From Nitrospirota bacterium (lineage in GTDB: Bacteria; Nitrospirota; Thermodesulfovibrionia; Thermodesulfovibrionales; UBA9159): a stretch of DNA of 64,000 nucleotides. Both the position numbers and the translations under genes were made by a program. Within the stretch, counting starts at the first letter, position 1, and every line of letters begins with the position of its first letter. A model generated the notes under the pieces. It worked only from the letters and a program-made list of their open reading frames with translations, searched no databases and was not told where the DNA came from. The stretch is from positions 26,965 through 90,964 of the forward strand of contig CAVOUE010000007.1 of the NCBI GenBank assembly GCA_963699545.1. The letters run 5' to 3'. This document shows positions 19,242 to 31,048 of this stretch, in pieces.

Positions 19242-20639
19242 TCATAAAAAATCTTTCATATCAAGTCTCTGCTCGACCATGTTCACCTTGCCCGAGGGTG
19301 TCGGCTGAATTTCATCGACAAAAAGGATTCCTATTTGTATGAGCTCTCTCATCAAGCCAAGCATCTCGTCAAGCTTACCCTTTATATATTGTGTATCGGC
19401 ATCGGTATATGCCTTATCTTTCACGATCTTCAAAGAGGCTCTTCCCGGTTCTTCCTGATAAAATTGCACCTGACGCACATTGGGAAAGGTCTTTATCCAA
19501 GGCATAAGCCTGGGAATAATCTCCCCGTCCTTGCCCACAAGAAAGTCCTGCACCCTGCCTTCAATTGCTCGGAATGTTTTGTGACTGCGACCACATTTTG
19601 AGCAGAATTCTTTGCCTCCCGTCACCAGGTCGCAGGTCTTGTACCGTATCAATGGCATGGCATAATTTGTGAACCCGGTGGCAATGATCTCCTCGTGGCC
19701 TCTCACCGACTTCGCAAGTCCTGTCAAACCATATTGGGGGTAGATATGGAGCTCTGTGGACTGTTCGCATTCACCCCCAAGCGCCGCATTCTCCATCATG
19801 GAATACATGGAAAAAACCCTGGCGCCAAAGGCCTCCCCTATCAGTTCCCTTTGCCAGTCGCATAAGGTCTCTGAATACGTGATAACCGCCTTTAGCTTTT
19901 TGCCCGATGCCAGATGATTGCTCTTGATAAAAGATGAGAGAACAGACAGGGAAGATGGATAGCCGGATACGTACTCAGGATCAAACTTCCTCAGCATATC
20001 ACAGCATTTGGAAAGCCATTCCCCCGTCAGATACCGTGCGGAAAGGACCAGTTTATTGCCGTATCCCATGAACGGAAGGTTCTTCCTCTTGCCCGTCTCT
20101 ATGAAAGCCCACAGCATCACTTCCCTCGACCTCGGGGTATGGCCTATCCTGCCCAACAAGTTCGCCCTGAAGGCATGGAATGCGGCCTCAGCTTCACGAC
20201 TTTCGTAGATGGTCATGGGGATGCCGGTAGAACCGCTCGTGAACTTTTTCTTGAGAGAGTGAAGAGGCCTCCGCTCATCAACGAACTCACCGGACTTCTC
20301 TCTTACCGTTTCTTTACTCAGGTAGGGCAGCGATGTTACATCATCCAAACTCTGCATTTTCTGAGGACAGAAACCAATGTCAGAAAAAAGCTTCCTGTAG
20401 TACGGAACATTTTTCGTTGCATGCACAAGGAGGTTCTTCGCCTGTTCAAACTGGTAGCTCTCAAACTTATCTTTGTCCCATTCCTCGGATTCCTTCAATA
20501 AAGAGAGCCAGCGAAAAAATGCGGGACCATAAAAAACCCTGCGCCTGAAACCCTGAGGAAGCCTCTCATAAACCTCCAGGGCTGCCTTTTCCATAACACT
20601 GGATGATCTCAAGAATCTCTTGATAAATTCAGCATTCAT
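19242..20639 (-). CDS. Phenylacetate-CoA ligase / coenzyme F390 synthetase-like adenylate-forming enzyme (CapK family)
   Basis: 465-aa ORF. FTSGSTGIPMT AMP-binding core motif, with the size and layout of the PaaK/CapK family common in polysaccharide loci. Confidence 0.7.
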   Translation of the reverse strand: MNAEFIKRFLRSSSVMEKAALEVYERLPQGFRRRVFYGPAFFRWLSLLKESEEWDKDKFESYQFEQAKNLLVHATKNVPYYRKLFSDIGFCPQKMQSLDDVTSLPYLSKETVREKSGEFVDERRPLHSLKKKFTSGSTGIPMTIYESREAEAAFHAFRANLLGRIGHTPRSREVMLWAFIETGKRKNLPFMGYGNKLVLSARYLTGEWLSKCCDMLRKFDPEYVSGYPSSLSVLSSFIKSNHLASGKKLKAVITYSETLCDWQRELIGEAFGARVFSMYSMMENAALGGECEQSTELHIYPQYGLTGLAKSVRGHEEIIATGFTNYAMPLIRYKTCDLVTGGKEFCSKCGRSHKTFRAIEGRVQDFLVGKDGEIIPRLMPWIKTFPNVRQVQFYQEEPGRASLKIVKDKAYTDADTQYIKGKLDEMLGLMRELIQIGILFVDEIQPTPSGKVNMVEQRLDMKDFL

Positions 20640-20695
20640 CCCTTATCTCGCGGAATCCACGATTTCCCTGGCCTCTGCTGCCTCTGCTTCAGGTC

Positions 20696-21727
20696 TCACG
20701 CCGTGAAAGGCTCCTTATGGGTCAAGGAGAGCATCGCCGCATCGAACATGGCCCAAAAAGGCCTTCCTGAGGGCTCGGGTATCCCCAGGCGCATACGGTT
20801 GTCAACAAGGTACCAGCGGCCGTAATACCCAAATTCCCGCGCGGTCACAGTAGAATCTATGGGGAGGGGATAGACATTGATGTCAGTAAAAACCGGAAGG
20901 TGGTCAGGGCTTCTTCTCAGATAATCAACAGAAAAGTACTGTATATTCAGGGTTCGTGCAATCAGGTGAATTGATTCGGTTTCAACCGGCTTCATCTCAA
21001 ATGTGAATTCGAAACCTTCTCTGTTTGCACGTTCGACATTCCATCTGTGGCTGAAGGCCACGTAACTGGGATGAATGATGCCTGCAACGTAGAGAACCCT
21101 GTATTGCCTATAGAGACCATCCAGTCCTTTTGAATCAACAAACTCAAAGGGGCGATATCCCTCAATGGGCCCCCGGTAGCGTGACAGGAGCTTGGGAGAC
21201 CAATGCTTTTCCCTCATTTTATACACAACAAGTGTCTCTCCGATATCATGCTCGGTAAACGTCGACCGCGGCACGCCCACCCCGGCTTTTTCGAGGATCC
21301 TAAAGGTATCTTCTTCATGGTATGAATTATATACATCCGGATGGTTGATCACAGGGATTCCCGGCCTCGCCCTCCCGATGATTTGGAGCAATTCCCTTTT
21401 TATTTCGGGAGGCACGGGATCCTGGGAGTATACCCATACAATATCGGCATCCTCTACCCTTTCGTTCACCGAAGCAGAACAGCTGCGGCTCCTCTCATTG
21501 ATCCAGAATGCGGTGAAGCGGCCGAACTTGCCTTCTCGCGGGTGAATATCGAGAAGACACAGATGGAGCCGTCTTCTTAACTGTTTCTGTTTGGCAATTC
21601 TCAGCCAGGTGAGAGGACCCCTGTCATAACCGATACGCCGTCTGTCGATGCGGGAAGCAAACCAAAGCCACTGTAGAAGGTTGTCCTTCAAACGCCAGAT
21701 CGCTTTCTGTACTACAGTGTTATCCAT
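20696..21727 (-). CDS. Uncharacterised protein, possibly ATP-grasp-like
   Basis: 343-aa ORF tightly packed between GT2 and the CapK-like gene. The central region (PVINHPDVYNSYHEEDTFRILEKAGVGVPRS...YRVLYVAGIIHPSYVAFSHRWNV) resembles ATP-grasp ligases by eye only. Coding status is well supported; function is not. Confidence 0.55.
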   Translation of the reverse strand: MDNTVVQKAIWRLKDNLLQWLWFASRIDRRRIGYDRGPLTWLRIAKQKQLRRRLHLCLLDIHPREGKFGRFTAFWINERSRSCSASVNERVEDADIVWVYSQDPVPPEIKRELLQIIGRARPGIPVINHPDVYNSYHEEDTFRILEKAGVGVPRSTFTEHDIGETLVVYKMREKHWSPKLLSRYRGPIEGYRPFEFVDSKGLDGLYRQYRVLYVAGIIHPSYVAFSHRWNVERANREGFEFTFEMKPVETESIHLIARTLNIQYFSVDYLRRSPDHLPVFTDINVYPLPIDSTVTAREFGYYGRWYLVDNRMRLGIPEPSGRPFWAMFDAAMLSLTHKEPFTA

Positions 21728-21767
21728 CGTCGTTCATTTCTGCCTTACTGTCCCATTACAACAATGA

Positions 21768-22805
21768 TCATGGCCCTTGTAACGCGTCATTCCCATTTGA
21801 CCCGCTCTTTTTCTTGACAGAATAATAACATTGAATCAACCAGGTATAAACCGTACTTGGCACGAACAAGACAAGCAACAGTAATCCCATGTTCGACAGA
21901 AACGCGTCAAATGATTCCGTCGATTTGAACATCGCCAATAACTGCTTTATCCCGCCAAGCCTGTTCCCTGACAGGACGGAAAACAGCAGACGGCCTCTGT
22001 AGTGTCTCCTTTTCAGTGCTTTCAGGTCTGCCCGTCCCACCGAGAGCACAGGTGATAATCTGACCAGGAGCTTTTCATAGGTATAGGAAAAATCCTTATG
22101 TATCTCGGCGAGCTGCAACGGGCTTGCATCGACAAAAAAAGTGACATTCTTATGGTGCAGTCTGTATTGCCCAAGTATTTCCGGCAGGTACAATGCCCGA
22201 ACGTAACAAGAAGCGACCGCAGTGAGGTAAAAATCCACCCCTCGTCTCATATCCTCCGGTATCGGATAAAGTTCCTTTAACAGTGCTCTCCTGAACGAAA
22301 AAGAGCTTCCCCCGCAGAAAACATCTCCCTTAATGATACGGGTCAATAGCGGTCCGCCGGCGTTCTTCTTGGCAAGGAACGTCCCATAGAAATCCTTATA
22401 TACAGTCCGTCCGCCGCTATCGATAACATCAAAGGTATGATAGACAATCCCGATGTCAGGGTATTGACTGAATGTTTCTGCCACTCTTCTTGTCCTGCCG
22501 GAAACCCATACGTCGTCTGCATCGAGAAACGTTATTATGTCCCCGTTCGCAAGGGACATTCCTCTATTCCTTGCCGCTGCTACGCCCCGATGCTTCTCAT
22601 AAAGGTAGGTCACCCTCCCTGCGTATTCCTGAATTATTTCCTTTGTGCCGTCCGTGGAGCCGTCATCCACGACAATAAGCTCTACCCTGTCCGTCGGATA
22701 GTCCTGAAGAAAAACGCTCTCGATCGTATCGCGTATGAAAGCGCCATAATTATACGTCGGAATTATCACCGATATTAACGGCGGACTATTCACCATAACC
22801 CACAC
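21768..22805 (-). CDS. Family 2 glycosyltransferase
   Basis: ISVIIPTYNYGAFIRDTIESVFLQDYP..ELIVVDDGSTDGT and FLDADD motifs (GT-A fold DXD). Hydrophobic C-terminal segment. Confidence 0.87.
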   Translation of the reverse strand: MWVMVNSPPLISVIIPTYNYGAFIRDTIESVFLQDYPTDRVELIVVDDGSTDGTKEIIQEYAGRVTYLYEKHRGVAAARNRGMSLANGDIITFLDADDVWVSGRTRRVAETFSQYPDIGIVYHTFDVIDSGGRTVYKDFYGTFLAKKNAGGPLLTRIIKGDVFCGGSSFSFRRALLKELYPIPEDMRRGVDFYLTAVASCYVRALYLPEILGQYRLHHKNVTFFVDASPLQLAEIHKDFSYTYEKLLVRLSPVLSVGRADLKALKRRHYRGRLLFSVLSGNRLGGIKQLLAMFKSTESFDAFLSNMGLLLLVLFVPSTVYTWLIQCYYSVKKKSGSNGNDALQGP

Positions 22806-22949
22806 AATGCATTTATCCCGACCAACCCATTCACCCTATTATAAAGAGTGCTCATAGACAATTGGAAGAACACGGGTGGACGAAGTCATCCATCGGGACA
22901 ACCTCGCACTGCTCTGATAAATGAATTGCCTTCAGAGAGACAGGGGAGG

Positions 22950-23464
22950 CTATCTCAACAGCGTCCTTGCCTGTGCAAATATCTCTGCGTAGGCATCACT
23001 GGCATAATCTCTGTAGGTGAAGAGGTGAGGCTGGTATCTGCGGTCTTTGTCTCTATACACAAGGGTGACCTCGGCGAAGATTCCCTTACCGATATAAATC
23101 CGGTGCGAATAGTTCTTGGTTGAAGCAAGGATCACATTGTAGGGAGTGAGATAGCCGGGATCAAGATTGATGTTCCTCTTTCCCCCCGTTGATAGCTGCT
23201 CTTCTATCTCGATGGTCGCGAGCTTGACATCGGAGAGGTTTTCACGGTCGATCATGTTCCTGAAGAAGAGAAATCTCCTCCGGATCGGCGAACCCAGTTC
23301 CTCCTTATAGTAATCGGAATGCTCCCACGGAAGGGGGTGGCTCTCCATCCTCAGCTCTCCGAAACATGAACGAAGTCGTTCCCGGGCGGCAGAGAAGTAT
23401 TCTTCATCATGGTAAAGCGTTGCTGTAAAAAGGAGGACGGGTTCGGGGGGGAAGGCTTTCTCAT
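22950..23464 (-). pseudogene. DUF4416 family protein, N-terminus out of frame as assembled
   Basis: ORF 22950..23348 plus an in-frame upstream extension (EKAFPPEPVLLFTATLYHDEEYFSAARERL..) that lacks a start. ATG at 23462-23464 (MRKPSPP) joins it if the G7 run at 23445-23451 is read as G8. Confidence 0.6.
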
Positions 23465-23474
23465 CACAGAAGGG

Positions 23475-24003
23475 CTATTGCCTCATCATATCTGATATGC
23501 GCGCCACAGCCTGGGGAGACGCCCAGTCAAAAGGCCCGATCATCTTCTCCTTAAGTATCCCTTGCTTATCCACAATGTATGTCTCCGGTACGCCCGTCAC
23601 ACCGTAAGACGTGGCTGTCCTTTCGTCGATGTCAACCACCACGGGAAGGTCATAGTTATTACCCTTCAGATAGGCCATCGCCCTTTCGTAATCGTCCCTG
23701 TAAAGAATCGTTATCATGCGGAATCCCTTTTGGTCCCTGAACCGGTTGTAGAGGGAGTGAATGGAAGGCAGCTCTTCCCTGCAGGGCGGGCACCATGTTG
23801 CCCAGAAGTTAACAAAAACCACCGTACCTTTCAGTTCGGAAAGATGAACAGTTTTCCCGGAGGGGTCGCCCACCACAAGCTCTGGAGCATCCAGGCCAAC
23901 CATAGCCCTGGACGGTTTTGTCTCCTCCTTCTCTTGACGCCAAGAACAGCGACCAGCACGACCGCCAGAAGAATGGCAACGATGATAATGGGTTTAGTCT
24001 TCA
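23475..24003 (-). pseudogene. TlpA/ResA-like thiol:disulfide oxidoreductase, signal-anchor out of frame as assembled
   Basis: Thioredoxin fold with FWATWCPPCREELP (ORF 23475..23903). A membrane anchor MKTKPIIIVAILLAVVLVAVLGVKR starts at ATG 24001-24003 in another frame. The join needs one extra base around 23924-23935. Confidence 0.72.
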
Positions 24004-24020
24004 TCTTGTTCTCTCTTAAA

Positions 24021-24058
24021 GGTCAAAGAAAAGGTTCCCCGTGAAATGGAGAACCCCT
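24021..24058 (-). terminator. Candidate rho-independent terminator after clpC
   Basis: On the minus strand: GGTTCTCC, loop ATTTCAC, GGGGAACC (one mismatch), followed by TTTTCTTT. Located between the clpC stop and the tlpA start. Confidence 0.45.
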
Positions 24059-24094
24059 TTACCGGTTACGCCAAACGTAGGCTGTGACGCCCTG

Positions 24095-26540
<2,446 letters not shown>

Positions 26541-26559
26541 TAGTGAACCTCCTAAAAAA

Positions 26560-26589
26560 ATAATAATGCTTTTCCATGGTGATTGTCAA
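26560..26589 (-). promoter_or_regulatory. Candidate sigma70-type promoter for clpC
   Basis: Minus strand: TTGACA (26584-26589), 18-nt spacer, TATTAT (26560-26565), then AGGAGG and the ATG at 26540. Consensus match only. Confidence 0.3.
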
Positions 26590-26648
26590 CCGAAGGAGCG
26601 ATGGGGAAGCAGGGAAGGAAGGTATCGTCGAGGCTCTTTATGCTTTTC

Positions 26649-27391
26649 TTATTTTTCCGTCATGTAGTTGATCAGATACTTGGCAGCCACTGCCGCGACG
26701 GAAGACGGGGCGGGCAACCCCTGATGCAGCGAGCGCAGCGCGTCAAAATCAGACTTCCAGACAACTTCACCGGGGGCAATCAGGCAGACGCTACCCGGTT
26801 CATGCGTCGTGACAGAGTTTGCCGTCCTTGAAATAATAATAGTCTTCCTCATTTACCTCGGTAGGGAAAGAGCGCATGAACGGGGGAAAATCGCCGGGCT
26901 TGAACCAGAGTTTTATCTCTCGTTCAGCCTCGCTAACCGTAGCCGAAGCGTGGATGAGGTTATCCATCCTCTCGCCGATGTCGTTTCCTGCAGGGTCCTT
27001 GAGGGGGACAATCGTGCCCAGTGACCGGATGCATCCGGGTCTCTTTTCGCGCGCCACATGGGGATTCGTGGGACCGCAGATGTCACGTATCTTCTTCACC
27101 GCATCCTCACCCTGGTAAACGAGCGCTATTACTCTCCGCTCTCCAGGGTTCATCGGGATAATGGATCAACCCCATGATATATTCAATCAGCGAAGGATAA
27201 AACACCTTGCCCCTGTGTTCGGCATAGTGTTCCTCGGCAAGCATCCTGCTCACATGGACTATCTTTGCGCCGGCAAAGCGCAAACCGGTATGAAACTCCG
27301 AAAGATGAGAAAGCACGTACCCCGTCAATGAATTCTTAAGGGCGTCAGGTTTTATGAGCACAAGTGTCTGCTCGACTTCTTCTCCGTTCAT
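26649..27391 (-). pseudogene. Atypical nucleoside-diphosphate kinase-like protein with C-terminal extension, one or two frame breaks as assembled
   Basis: QTLVLIKPDALKNSLTGYVL..AEEHYAEHRGKVFYPSLIEYI (ORF 27107..27391) continues as GERRVIALVYQGEDAVKKIRDICGPTNP..CIRSLG..NLIHASATVSEAEREIKLWF (ORF 26800..27153), with a switch at about 27141-27154. ORF 26649..26852 may be a further continuation. Confidence 0.55.
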
Positions 27392-28407
27392 GCACGGACC
27401 CCCTTCCTAAAATGATTTGTGCCAGGAAAGCTCAGCCTTATCACAGCTGAGCAGGACACACTCTCTCTCAGCATCAGGCAATCTTTTCCATGAGGGCCTT
27501 TACCGCGGAAGACAGACCTTTCGAAATCCGCCCTCTCCTCTTCGTTCAATTCAAGTTCTATCACCTTCTCAATACCGCGGGCCCCGAGGACAGCCGGTAC
27601 TCCGACGTAGATATCCCTGACGCCGTATTGCCCATCAAGATATGCGGCGCACGGCAGTATCCTTTTTTCATCGAAGAGAATCGCCCTGATCATCTGGTAG
27701 GTCGCAGCTGCAGGGGCATAATATGCGCTCCCCGTCTTCAGGAGGGACACGATCTCGGCGCCGCCGCCTCTCGTCCTTTCGATGAGGGACGCGATTTTGT
27801 CTGCCGGCAGCAACTTGGTTATCGGCACCCCTTTTACCGTGGTGTACCGGGGCATGGGAACCATCTGATCCCCGTGTCCCCCCATCACAAGCGCTTCCAC
27901 ATCAACGGGAGAAACACCAAGCTCAAACGAGATGAATGTCCTGAACCGCGAAGAATCAAGGACCCCGCCCATCCCGAACACCCTGTGATGGTCCGAGCCG
28001 GAGATCTTGCGGGCCACATAGGCCATCACATCCATGGGATTGGTGACGACGATCACCACCGCATCGGGAGAGAGCTTCGATGTCTCGGCAGCAACGGACT
28101 TCACAACCTCAGCGTTGGTCTTCAGGAGATCATCCCTGCTCATCCCCGGCTTCCGGGGAATGCCGGCAGTGATTACGATAACATCCGATTTTTCGGTATC
28201 ACGATAACTGTTCGTGCCCTTTATGGAGACCGATGAGTTCCAGAGGGGACACGCTTCAGCCATGTCAAGGGCCTTGCCCTGGGGCATCCCCTCTGCGATG
28301 TCGAACAGCACCACATCCGCAATCCCGTCATGGGCAATCAGCTGCGCCGTGGATGCGCCTACGTTTCCCCCGCCTATTACGGATACTTTCTTCCTCATTT
28401 CAGCCAC
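27388..28407 (-). CDS. mdh: Malate dehydrogenase (LDH-like MDH family)
   Basis: KVSVIGGGNVGASTAQLIA..DVVLFDI.EGMPQGKALDM, ITAGIPRKPGMSRDDL, GGHGDQMVP. The C-terminal 30 aa of the ORF look out of frame. Removing one T at about 27509 gives ..FERSVSAVKALMEKIA with a stop at 27474-27476, which also removes the overlap with the NDK-like gene. Confidence 0.9.
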   Translation of the reverse strand: MAEMRKKVSVIGGGNVGASTAQLIAHDGIADVVLFDIAEGMPQGKALDMAEACPLWNSSVSIKGTNSYRDTEKSDVIVITAGIPRKPGMSRDDLLKTNAEVVKSVAAETSKLSPDAVVIVVTNPMDVMAYVARKISGSDHHRVFGMGGVLDSSRFRTFISFELGVSPVDVEALVMGGHGDQMVPMPRYTTVKGVPITKLLPADKIASLIERTRGGGAEIVSLLKTGSAYYAPAAATYQMIRAILFDEKRILPCAAYLDGQYGVRDIYVGVPAVLGARGIEKVIELELNEEERADFERSVFRGKGPHGKDCLMLRESVSCSAVIRLSFPGTNHFRKGVRA

Positions 28408-28546
28408 CCTTCATGCGATGAAATTTGAGACATAGTATAAATGAATGGGCGGAATTAGTAAATCAATTTTGCGTGTTGGGATTGCTCTCAGACGTTTCCT
28501 CCTGCCCCGAAGATACCGTTTGTATCATCGTGGAATGAGAAAAAGA

Positions 28547-29848
28547 TCACTCTTCGGGACTCTTCACCGGAACCGTCTCCATCCTTACCTTCGCGATACG
28601 CTGGCCGACCATCTCCGACACGGTTATCTTCTTCCCCTCGATCTCTACTACATCGCTTATCCGCGGGATCCTCTGGAGAGTGGCGAGGAGAAACCCGCCC
28701 AGCGTGTCGTATTCCGTGGATTCGGGTATCTCGATCTGGTAGTCGTCTTCCAGGTCCTTTATGCTTATGGACGCATCGATGAGAAGGGTGCCGTCACTGA
28801 GCTGTATCACAGGGCTTTCGATGTCGTACTCGTCCCTTATCTCTCCGACGATCTCCTCGATGAGATCCTCCATGGTCACAAGGCCGGAAACCCCTCCGTA
28901 CTCGTCGATGACCAGAGCCATATGGACCCTCTTTCGCTGCATCTCCCTCAGAAGATTGCTTATCTTCTTTGTCTCAGGGATGAAGAACGGCGGCTTGACC
29001 AGTTTTCTGACGTCCGCGTCACCCCGGGCCAGCGCGTTCAGGAAGTCCTTCGCATAGAGGATGCCCCGGATGTCATTGAGGTCTTTCCCCACGACCGGAT
29101 AGCGGGAGAACTGTTCCTCGGCAATGGTGGATTTCACTTCGTCCACCGACATGGTGAGGCTTATGGAAACCATGCGCGTGGACGGCACCATCACCTGATT
29201 TGCCGACATGTCCGTAAATTCGAAGACACTGTGGATGAGTTCCTGCTCGGTGGGTTCAAACACCCCTTGCTCGCCTCCCTCCATGATGAGCATCTTCACC
29301 TCCTCCTCTGTCACATACGCTCTCTCGGTAAAGGGCTTCCTCCCGAAAGGTCTCAGGAGTAGATTGGTGCTGAAGGTCAGGACCTTCACAAAGGGGGCCG
29401 CGACCTTCGAGAACCCTTCCACAAGCTTTGCGATTCTCAGCCCGACCCCTTCGGGATGAGTGAGGGCCATGGATTTGGGGATAAGCTCGCCGAAGACAAG
29501 GGTAACATAGGTGATCACAAGCGCTACCATACCGATGGAGATCGCCTCGCTGGAGACCGCAACCGGCTTATAGGGCAGTTCACTGATGAGCGGCTTTATA
29601 ACCTGCACCGCGGCAGCACCGCCGATGGTCGACGCAAGAACACTGGCAAGGGTTATGGCGATCTGGATGGTGGCAAGGAACCGGTCAGGCTCCTCCTTGA
29701 ACCTCAGAAGGATTTCCGCGTTCCTGTCGTTCTCTTCCGCGAGCTGTTTCAGTCTGCTCTTCCGTGCAGCAACCACCGCAATCTCCGCGGCGGCAAAGAG
29801 ACCGTTCAGGCAGATGAAAAACAGGATAAGAAGGATGTTAAACCACAT
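28547..29848 (-). CDS. CNNM/CorC/TlyC family transporter-associated protein (DUF21 + CBS pair + CorC_HlyC)
   Basis: 433-aa ORF with N-terminal TM helices (DUF21), a CBS pair region (VMVPSTRMVSISL.., HMALVIDEYGGVSGLVTMEDLIEEIVGEI) and a C-terminal CorC_HlyC-like domain. Confidence 0.85.
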   Translation of the reverse strand: MWFNILLILFFICLNGLFAAAEIAVVAARKSRLKQLAEENDRNAEILLRFKEEPDRFLATIQIAITLASVLASTIGGAAAVQVIKPLISELPYKPVAVSSEAISIGMVALVITYVTLVFGELIPKSMALTHPEGVGLRIAKLVEGFSKVAAPFVKVLTFSTNLLLRPFGRKPFTERAYVTEEEVKMLIMEGGEQGVFEPTEQELIHSVFEFTDMSANQVMVPSTRMVSISLTMSVDEVKSTIAEEQFSRYPVVGKDLNDIRGILYAKDFLNALARGDADVRKLVKPPFFIPETKKISNLLREMQRKRVHMALVIDEYGGVSGLVTMEDLIEEIVGEIRDEYDIESPVIQLSDGTLLIDASISIKDLEDDYQIEIPESTEYDTLGGFLLATLQRIPRISDVVEIEGKKITVSEMVGQRIAKVRMETVPVKSPEE

Positions 29849-29968
29849 CGGAATTCATCCTGAATAGCGGCAGCAATGCCTGCGTTCCATTGTCAGCTGA
29901 TCGGCTTTCCTGAAGCTTTGCAGTATGGGGCTCTCTTCGCGGTGAACAGTCGCTTTCCATCGTGACGG

Positions 29969-31048
29969 TTAGGCCATTTTCTCGATGATGGCATCCGCAA
30001 CCCTCGATGTGGTCGCGGCAGTCACGTCATCCGGGGTCGGTTTCATGTCGTAGGTGACATCCCTGCCTTCTGCGATAACTGAAGCAACGGCTCGTTCCAA
30101 ACGCTGCGCCGCTCCTGTTTCGCCGAGGTGAATAAGCATCATCACTCCTGACAATATCATAGCAATGGGATTCATCTTATTCAAGCCCTTGTACTTCGGG
30201 GCGCTGCCGTGGGTGGGCTCAAACACCGCCATCTCGTCTCCGATATTCGCACCAGGCGCAAGCCCGAGACCCCCGATGAGGCCTGCTCCCAGGTCGGACA
30301 CCACGTCACCGTACAGGTTCGGAAGCACCAGCACGTCGTACAGTTCAGGCTTCTGCACAAGCTGCATGCACATATTGTCGATGATCCTATCCTCAAATTC
30401 GATGTCGGAGTAGCGTGCAGCGACATCCCGCGCCACCTCAAGAAAGAGCCCGTCGGAGAACTTCATGATGTTCGCCTTGTGAACCGCGGTCACTTTCTTC
30501 CTCTTGTTCTTTCTTGCATACTCAAAGGCAAACTTCACAATGCGCTCGCTGGCGGATACCGAGATCGCTTTTATGCTTATCCCCGAATCGGGAGGTATCT
30601 TTCTTCCCGTCGTCTCCCTGATAAAATCAATGAGACGCACGGCATCGCCGGAGCTTTTCTGGAATTCGATCCCTGCATAGAGGTCTTCCGTATTCTCCCT
30701 CACGATAATGATATCGATATCGTCGTATCGCGTCCTCGCTCCCCTGAAACTCATGCACGGCCTCAGGCAGCAATAGAGATCAAGGGTCTGTCTGAGAGTG
30801 ACGTTCACACTCCGGAAGCCGGTACCTACAGGGGTTGTTACCGGTCCTTTTATGGCGATCTTATTTTTCCTGATCGAATCGATGACGCGCTGCGGAAGAG
30901 GTGTGCCTTCTTTTTCGTAGACATCCACTCCGGCATCCTGTATCTCCCATCGGATCGGCACCCCCGTGGCATCGATGACCCGCCTTGCCGCTTCCGCTAT
31001 TTCCGGCCCGACGCCGTCACCCGGTATCAAGGTTATCGTGTATTTCAT
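29969..31048 (-). CDS. icd: Isocitrate dehydrogenase, short (about 360 aa) beta-decarboxylating dehydrogenase type, probably NAD-linked
   Basis: [68 protein letters not shown]. The RS.NV.LR..LDLY and RENTEDLY motifs are isocitrate-type, not isopropylmalate-type (which has GAVGGPKWD). Confidence 0.85.
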   Translation of the reverse strand: MKYTITLIPGDGVGPEIAEAARRVIDATGVPIRWEIQDAGVDVYEKEGTPLPQRVIDSIRKNKIAIKGPVTTPVGTGFRSVNVTLRQTLDLYCCLRPCMSFRGARTRYDDIDIIIVRENTEDLYAGIEFQKSSGDAVRLIDFIRETTGRKIPPDSGISIKAISVSASERIVKFAFEYARKNKRKKVTAVHKANIMKFSDGLFLEVARDVAARYSDIEFEDRIIDNMCMQLVQKPELYDVLVLPNLYGDVVSDLGAGLIGGLGLAPGANIGDEMAVFEPTHGSAPKYKGLNKMNPIAMILSGVMMLIHLGETGAAQRLERAVASVIAEGRDVTYDMKPTPDDVTAATTSRVADAIIEKMA

